The notes below the pieces were generated by a model. The model did not search any database, was not told where the DNA came from, and saw only the letters and a list, made by a program, of their open reading frames with translations. Source: an uncultured Nitrososphaerota archaeon (GTDB taxonomy: Archaea > Thermoproteota > CAYNNH01). From it: a DNA stretch of 34,030 nucleotides. A program made the translations under genes and the position numbers. The stretch covers positions 1-34,030 of the forward strand of contig CAYNNH010000003.1 of assembly GCA_964398605.1 (NCBI GenBank), given 5' to 3'. Shown here in pieces: positions 17,706-23,213 of this stretch. Each line of letters starts with the position of its first letter. Position 1 is the stretch's first letter.

Positions 17706-17712
17706 AATATAA
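17706..17712 (-). promoter_or_regulatory. TATA-like box TTATATT (minus strand) for the RHH-sat-AP-cysC operon
   Basis: The reverse complement of 17704-17721 reads TAGAAACTCTTATATTGC. The box centre (17709) is 26 nt upstream of the A of ATG 17683, which implies a leaderless mRNA. A purine-rich BRE-like AGAAA lies just upstream. Confidence 0.4.
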
Positions 17713-17718
17713 GAGTTT

Positions 17719-18816
17719 CTAGAGCCTCGATAAGGCTTTGTATAGAGCTTTGAGCTTCAAGGACTCCTTGTTCCAGTTATATTCCGACAAGAATTTCTCT
17801 CTCGCCTTCTTACCAAGTGATTCAAGTGATTTTGGATTCTGATAAGCCCAACGCAGAATTTCCGCCAGTTTTTCGGGAGTTTGGGGGTCCCAGAAGACGA
17901 CCACGTCCGCGAATTTGAGGGCGAAATCCCCCACCTTTGGGGCTATGGAGGGCCTCCCCAACGCCATGTAAATGGAGAACTTCCACGATATCACGTGCTT
18001 CCTAGGCTCACAAGCCCAGTAGGGGTCGATGTAAAGGGATGCGGGGAGGACATCGGGCAATTTTTCGTCAGGTACGAAGCCCGTGAACTCGACCTTGTCG
18101 AGAACCCCCAGCTTCTCGGCCAACTTCCTAGCAGGCTCGCGTAGCATGCCATCGCCCACGATGCGGAGCTTCACGGGGATGTCTCGAACGTGCCGCAGGG
18201 AACTTATGAGGGAGCCCAAGAGGAGGAGGCCGCTGTTCAGATTTCCGAAGTAGCAAAGGACGAATTCGTCGGAAGGCTTGACGCGGGGGACTTTCGAAGG
18301 ATCCACGGCGTTCCCCACGACCACGAACTTCGAGCGGTTCGCCCTGTACCTCTTGGGCAAGGCCCGTAGGGCGTATTCGGTCACGACCACGCAGAAATCG
18401 GCGAGGTGGGAGCCGACAAGCTCTCCCAAGAAAGTGGCGAGTATCCCGAACGCCTTCAGGAAAGGATGAAAACGCCAATCGTAGGCGAAGACGAGGGAGC
18501 GGATTTCGAAGAAGTCCAAGATGGCTTTCTTCCCCAGCAACTTCGCTAGGGGCACGGCTAGGAGGGCGAGCAAGGTATCGCAAACGTGTATCACGTCAGC
18601 CTCGCGGAATTCCTTCAAGAAAAGGGGGATGAGAGCGAGTACTTGGATGGGGGACGCCAACCAGAAGTATTTGATGGGGAAGGGAGCTTTGGAAGGCTTT
18701 GAGAAACGGGCGTTCGCCAACACGGTGACTTCGTGTCCTTCTTGCGCGAGGGTGGTTGCCTCGTGCTCAACCCTAATGTCGGGGAAACCCTTGGGCGCGA
18801 CGATGAGGACCTTCAA
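17719..18816 (-). CDS. GT-B fold glycosyltransferase (divergent family-4-like)
   Basis: MKVLIVAPKGFPDIRVEHEATTLAQEGHEVTVL N-terminus. C-terminal half has KLRIVGDG...VEFTGFVPDEKL...MALGRPSIAP. The start is TTG at 18816, overlapping the upstream TGA as TTGA (hand-checked). Confidence 0.7.
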   Translation of the reverse strand: MKVLIVAPKGFPDIRVEHEATTLAQEGHEVTVLANARFSKPSKAPFPIKYFWLASPIQVLALIPLFLKEFREADVIHVCDTLLALLAVPLAKLLGKKAILDFFEIRSLVFAYDWRFHPFLKAFGILATFLGELVGSHLADFCVVVTEYALRALPKRYRANRSKFVVVGNAVDPSKVPRVKPSDEFVLCYFGNLNSGLLLLGSLISSLRHVRDIPVKLRIVGDGMLREPARKLAEKLGVLDKVEFTGFVPDEKLPDVLPASLYIDPYWACEPRKHVISWKFSIYMALGRPSIAPKVGDFALKFADVVVFWDPQTPEKLAEILRWAYQNPKSLESLGKKAREKFLSEYNWNKESLKLKALYKALSRL

Positions 18817-20654
18817 TACTTGTACCCCCTTGATGGCTTCGGCTTCGGTTTCTTCGGTAAGATGGTGAAGGCATAAATGGCGAGGGCGAGGGGGATGGAT
18901 GCCGTGCTACCGTAATCTAGGGCAGTTAACTCGTTTCTGAGGAACACATCCACATCCCCCTCAGCTTTGAGACATATGAGTAGGAAGCCTTCTTCGCTAC
19001 GCTCCACGCTCGCTTCCCCAGAGCTAGGGTAAACCTTCCACGTGGGGTAATAGGACTCCTTGACGAGCAAGTAACATTCGCCCGGAACGTCGTAGACGTG
19101 CAAAACTATCTCGTTGGGGCGCTTCTCCACCCACGCTAAGACGGAATCCGGGGTCGCTTCAACGTACGATACCGAGGCGTAGGAATCGTTTACCTCGAGC
19201 ACGATGTAAGGCCCCGATTTGTAAACAATGTGGAAATAGGGTTCTGAGAAAGCGTCCCTCTTGGAGGCGTACGTGGATCGGCGGAGGGCGAAGTACTTGA
19301 TCCCGTAGCGCTCGGCCAATTGAAGCGCTTGGTCGGGCGAGGAAGCGTTCTCGAAGTCCTCGTAGAAGGAGCGATAAATCGAGTAATCGGAAATAAGGGA
19401 GGGCATCCCGCCGTCAACTTGTGGGACATTCCCATATGCGTTGAGGCATTGGGAAAGGGGAGGATCCGCGTAAACTCTCTCCGATTCTCCGGCATTAGAA
19501 GATATCCAGAGAGCGACGGATCGTTCGCTCGGAGAGAGCTTGTAGGAGAAAAACGTTTGGTTGTAGGCTTGCAAAGCCGACAAGATCACCACCGACGAAA
19601 CCAGCGCGACAGCCAAGTACTTCCCCTTGAATGCGCGCCTCGCCGCCTCCTCGAGGGAGGAACAGCCCAAGCCTCCTAGAAGAGAGAGGAAGAAGGCCGA
19701 ACATCTAAAGGCGGAGAGGGGATCCACGCCCGTTATGCCTAGGAAAGGAGCGTACGCGAGAATTACGCAGAAGATCGCGGAGATCAAGAAACAAGTAGAC
19801 CAAAACTCCTTCTTGACCAGCTTAGCGAGGGAGAAGAAGCACGCGAAAACGAGGGCATAGCCCAACCAGAACCTCGCCTCCCAAGGGCTCGCGTAAAGGA
19901 CGAGCATGGCGTCTGGACGGGGAACCTTTCCGAGCAACATGGACGGAGAAACGATTATTCTAGGCGATAGGCTTGCGGGAATGAGCCAGAAACATGCCCC
20001 TATCCCCCCAATCCACGCGCTGTAAAAGAACTCGTCGAAATGGGGGACTTCGGAAGGAAGCCCTCGGACGAAAGCCACCCCGTATAAAACAGCGGAAAAG
20101 AGGATTGCGACGGTGAAGGAAGTCGGGTCTATCACAAGCAGTGAGAATAATGCGCAAGAAAGGACGGCTATCCGCATTTTGCGCCTGAGGGGGGTTAAGA
20201 GGAGGTACGCGAACAGGGCTAGGAAAGGAGAGGAGAGGGCAAAGGGAATATGGCCGTCAAAGAGAACGGACGCGATCACGGTGGGGCACGAAGCAAATAG
20301 AACTGCCCCAGCAAAGGAGGAGGCTCTAGATGCGCCTAATTTCCTCAGGACGGCATATAGCAAACAAGATGCCGCGAATATGGACGATAGGGCGAGAAGC
20401 GAAGCATACTGCGTAAAAAACTGCTCCGGCCCTGCTCGAACGATTAAGAGGAGTAGAGGGGGCAGAAATCGCCCCGCGGGGGTCCCGAAATACCAAGAAG
20501 AAAGCCAACCGAAAGGAAGCAATCCGGCCTTGTTGAAAGCGGCGTAGTAGTAAATCTCGCGTCCAACAATGCCGAAAAAAACGGAGTTATACGAAAACAA
20601 GACCATTAAGGCGAGCAGTAGCCCCACAAGGAGAGCAGACCATTTTTCTCCCAT
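18813..20654 (-). CDS. Large integral membrane protein, GT-C/YfhO-like putative glycosyltransferase (paralog C)
   Basis: About 12 N-terminal TMs. First-loop motif WLSSWYFGTPAGRFLPP. Extracytoplasmic C-terminal domain containing KESYYPTWKVYPSSG. Terminal TM IPLALAIYAFTIL followed by PKKPKPKPSRGYKY. ATG at 20654 hand-checked. Confidence 0.7.
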   Translation of the reverse strand: MGEKWSALLVGLLLALMVLFSYNSVFFGIVGREIYYYAAFNKAGLLPFGWLSSWYFGTPAGRFLPPLLLLIVRAGPEQFFTQYASLLALSSIFAASCLLYAVLRKLGASRASSFAGAVLFASCPTVIASVLFDGHIPFALSSPFLALFAYLLLTPLRRKMRIAVLSCALFSLLVIDPTSFTVAILFSAVLYGVAFVRGLPSEVPHFDEFFYSAWIGGIGACFWLIPASLSPRIIVSPSMLLGKVPRPDAMLVLYASPWEARFWLGYALVFACFFSLAKLVKKEFWSTCFLISAIFCVILAYAPFLGITGVDPLSAFRCSAFFLSLLGGLGCSSLEEAARRAFKGKYLAVALVSSVVILSALQAYNQTFFSYKLSPSERSVALWISSNAGESERVYADPPLSQCLNAYGNVPQVDGGMPSLISDYSIYRSFYEDFENASSPDQALQLAERYGIKYFALRRSTYASKRDAFSEPYFHIVYKSGPYIVLEVNDSYASVSYVEATPDSVLAWVEKRPNEIVLHVYDVPGECYLLVKESYYPTWKVYPSSGEASVERSEEGFLLICLKAEGDVDVFLRNELTALDYGSTASIPLALAIYAFTILPKKPKPKPSRGYKY

Positions 20655-20671
20655 CTTATCCTTTGGCTGCC

Positions 20672-20679
20672 AAAAATAA
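20672..20679. promoter_or_regulatory. A/T box AAAAATAA in the 46-bp divergent intergenic region
   Basis: The centre is about 25 nt upstream of GTG 20701 (trkA-like) and about 21 nt from ATG 20654 on the other strand. A second box TTTTTATT at 20690-20697 could serve the minus-strand gene. Confidence 0.3.
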
Positions 20680-20700
20680 GACTTAGCGGTTTTTATTCAA

Positions 20701-21363
20701 GTGTTCGTGGTCGTCGTGGGAGCTGGGCACATAGGAACGCACCTCGTGGAGTATTTGTCCGAAAGGGGAGTGACCGTGGTGGTTATCGATAAAAGCGAAC
20801 GGAAATGCCAGTATATAGCCGACAATTACGACGCCCACATCTACGTTGGGGACGGAACAAATGAAGAAGTGCTTAGAATGGCGGAAACCGAAGAAGCCGA
20901 CGTTTTGGTCGCCGTTACCGACGACGACTACGCCAACGCGAAAATCTGTAAGTTGGCAAAGACCAAGTTCGGCGTTCCCTACGTGGTGGTTCTCTCCAAC
21001 AGCCCTAAGCACAAAAGGATGATGGAAGAGGCAGGCGCCGATTACGTAATCTGCCCCGTGGAACAAACCTACCAAGCTTTCGAGGAAGCGGTCGAAAAAC
21101 CCCACATAAGGACGGTGCACGTTGACCGCGAGAGGAGGTGCAAAGTCGTGAGGGTCAGGATCCCCTTAAACGCGAAGGTCATAGGGAAAAGACTGTCGGA
21201 AATCCCGAAGCCGGAGAAGGCGAATATAGGCGTTATAGCCCGCGGGGATAGGATTCTCGTACCCCATGATTATATACGCGTCCACGCGAAGGATTACTTC
21301 TACCTAGTTGGCTCCTTCGAAGACGTCGACGAGTTCGCACACATTCTGACCGAAACCGAATAA
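20701..21363 (+). CDS. trkA: TrkA/KtrA-type RCK protein (TrkA-N NAD-binding plus TrkA-C domains)
   Basis: VVVGAGHIGTHLVEYLSERGVTVVVIDK Rossmann motif. C-terminal KVVRVRIPLNAKVIGKRLSEI...GVIARGDRILVP. GTG start, with alternative GTGs at 20707 and 20716. Confidence 0.85.
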   Translation: MFVVVVGAGHIGTHLVEYLSERGVTVVVIDKSERKCQYIADNYDAHIYVGDGTNEEVLRMAETEEADVLVAVTDDDYANAKICKLAKTKFGVPYVVVLSNSPKHKRMMEEAGADYVICPVEQTYQAFEEAVEKPHIRTVHVDRERRCKVVRVRIPLNAKVIGKRLSEIPKPEKANIGVIARGDRILVPHDYIRVHAKDYFYLVGSFEDVDEFAHILTETE

Positions 21364-21382
21364 AGCGGGCGGATTCCTAATT

Positions 21383-22144
21383 GTGATGACCATCGTGGAG
21401 GTCATGCAGTCCGTATTTACAGCAGAGCTCTTGACCAAAGTTGCGGTTTCCGCCATCATCCTCGTCGTCACGTGGGTCGTCGTTCGCCTTTTCAAGTCGG
21501 CAGTTAAGCGAATGGTTGTAGGGCCCATGGCGAGTAGCATCCAGAGGTGGGGAGAGATCATCATATGGTCGGCGGGCATCCTCTTTGCCCTCACGCCCTA
21601 CGGTTTGAACGTGAACATGTGGGTGGCCGTAGTCGTCCTGCTGGGTCTCGCCATGATAGTCGCTGCTCGGGATGTGCTCCCCAACTTGGTCGGTAGCGCA
21701 TTGGTGAGTTCCTATAAGATGTTCAAGCTCGGCGATTGGATTAAGATCGGGAATTACTATGGAAGGGTCGTCGAGATGAACCGCATGAACACCGTCCTCG
21801 TAGGGGCGGATAACGAGACGATCATCATCCCGAACCACCTCTTCGTGAAGGAGCCCGTCGTCAACATGAGCATGGCGGGCAGGGTACGCATAAGCGTCCC
21901 CCTGAAGGGGATCGACTATTCTAGGTATCGATTGGACGAACTGGAGAGGGGGTTGCTGAGGATAGGGAGGGAAATGGAGGAAGCGGAGAGGCCGGAAGTG
22001 CACATCACGCACATCGATCACGAAAAAGCCGACCTAGAGCTCACCTTCCTCATAAAGAACCCCGCTAGAAAGAAGGAAATAGAAAGTAAGACGAGGAAAA
22101 AAGTCAAGGAATTCCTCGAGTCCTTGAAGAGTGGGAAAAGCTGA
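21383..22144 (+). CDS. Small-conductance mechanosensitive channel (MscS family)
   Basis: Three N-terminal TMs followed by FKLGDWIKIGNYYGRVVEMNRMNTVLVGADNETIIIPNHLFVKEPVVN, the MscS beta-domain signature. Confidence 0.8.
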   Translation: MMTIVEVMQSVFTAELLTKVAVSAIILVVTWVVVRLFKSAVKRMVVGPMASSIQRWGEIIIWSAGILFALTPYGLNVNMWVAVVVLLGLAMIVAARDVLPNLVGSALVSSYKMFKLGDWIKIGNYYGRVVEMNRMNTVLVGADNETIIIPNHLFVKEPVVNMSMAGRVRISVPLKGIDYSRYRLDELERGLLRIGREMEEAERPEVHITHIDHEKADLELTFLIKNPARKKEIESKTRKKVKEFLESLKSGKS

Positions 22145-23213
22145 GCCTTTAAAAGAGTACGAAGAGGAAAAAGAAAGTCTTTCTCTCGAGTACAGGAGGC
22201 TGACGGGGACTTACGGGGTTGGCGTTTCTTGGCAAGAAACCCTTAAGTTCTCCCTGAAGCTCGGCCTCAGGAACTTCTTGCGGTACGCAGAGCCGTGGGG
22301 AATGGTCGTAACTGTGGCCATCATGACGTTCGCGGAGTTGCTCTTCCCCTTCGAAATTCTCTTGCCGTGCCTCGCCGTAGTGGGGGCGCAGATCGTGGCG
22401 GGAATGGTGGGGATCGTAGAGCGAATGAAGAAGGACGCGGCGATCATGACGACTTTCGGCCTGAACTTCAAGGCGAGCGCGGGCATGGTCGTGACTGAGG
22501 GGATGCTCATAGGATTTCTAGGGGCTTCCTTGGGCGCATTGGCGTATATTTCCCTCGCCTATTTTCTCTGCTGGAGGATCTCCCTCAAGGCGCTCGTCGT
22601 CGGCCTGTTTTTCCCCACTCTCCTGTGCGCGGCGTGTAGCTTCCCAGCGGCTAGGAAGGCCATGCTCACCGTCACGCCTTCGCTGAGGAGGAAGTGGTAC
22701 CCCGATTTAACGAAGAGCCTCAAGAAGGAGCTCAAGAGGAAGAGGTTCATAGCGGTGGAGGTTCCCGTCCGCGTAAACGAGAAGGAGTTCAAGGAGCTCG
22801 TCAAGTACCTCCGCTGGAGGTTCAAGCCCACGTTGGTGCCAGGCCCCATGGGGGATAGCCTCTTGCCCGTTTACGTGAGGCATTTTTACCGCGAGGAAAA
22901 TGGGAGGAAGATCTTCGGCTTCGTCAACCTTTACTACATGTACTACGAGCGAGGGGTCGCCGTCCAGGTTAACTTGGTTTTCGAAGGGGAGGACCGGGAA
23001 CTGAAGATAATATCCGTCGCCCTCGACTCCTACGGCATGAGGGATGTAGCGGGATCCCTCTACAAATCCGCCGACTTGGTGAGGAAAGCCGTTCTAGAGT
23101 GGCACGTGAAGGTGAGGCCAGCTCGAATGAGGATCGAGCGCAGTCCACGGACTAAAAGGGGTCAGAGTAGTATTGAGTGGTCACGAAAATCAAGAAGCGT
23201 GACGGGAGAATAG
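22131..23213 (+). CDS. FtsX-like 4-TM permease domain fused to a cytoplasmic domain of about 170 aa with unknown function
   Basis: LKLGLRNFLRY...VAGMVGIVERMKKDAAIMTTFGLNFKASAGMVVTEGMLIGFLGASLGALAY...AARKAMLTVTPSLRRK follows the FtsX/MacB-type permease pattern. There is no large extracytoplasmic loop and no ABC ATPase gene nearby. The C-terminal part (RFIAVEVPVRVNEKEF...LEWHVKV) matches nothing I recognise. Confidence 0.5.
   Translation: MGKAEPLKEYEEEKESLSLEYRRLTGTYGVGVSWQETLKFSLKLGLRNFLRYAEPWGMVVTVAIMTFAELLFPFEILLPCLAVVGAQIVAGMVGIVERMKKDAAIMTTFGLNFKASAGMVVTEGMLIGFLGASLGALAYISLAYFLCWRISLKALVVGLFFPTLLCAACSFPAARKAMLTVTPSLRRKWYPDLTKSLKKELKRKRFIAVEVPVRVNEKEFKELVKYLRWRFKPTLVPGPMGDSLLPVYVRHFYREENGRKIFGFVNLYYMYYERGVAVQVNLVFEGEDRELKIISVALDSYGMRDVAGSLYKSADLVRKAVLEWHVKVRPARMRIERSPRTKRGQSSIEWSRKSRSVTGE

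Noticed and set aside
2090-20654. C-terminal TM-plus-basic tails of the three GT-C-like proteins as sorting signals for the sortase-like protein
   Set aside because: I see no shared tripartite signature (PGF, PEF, PEP or VPXXXP type) before the hydrophobic helix in any of the three tails. They are more simply plain C-terminal membrane anchors.
21383-21440. GTGATGA at 21383-21389 as a possible C box of a C/D-box sRNA
   Set aside because: I found no CTGA D box or C'/D' pair at the expected 50-70 nt spacing. The motif is explained by the GTG/ATG start region of the MscS gene.
20683-22021. Minus-strand ORFs 20683-21120 and 21377-22021
   Set aside because: They are antisense to the TrkA and MscS genes, which have clear family motifs. 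The translations are His/Val/Asp-rich with no domain signature.
23140-23213. Cobalamin riboswitch or other leader upstream of nrdJ
   Set aside because: There is no non-coding space, because the nrdJ GTG lies inside the preceding ORF. Cobalamin riboswitches are also essentially bacterial.
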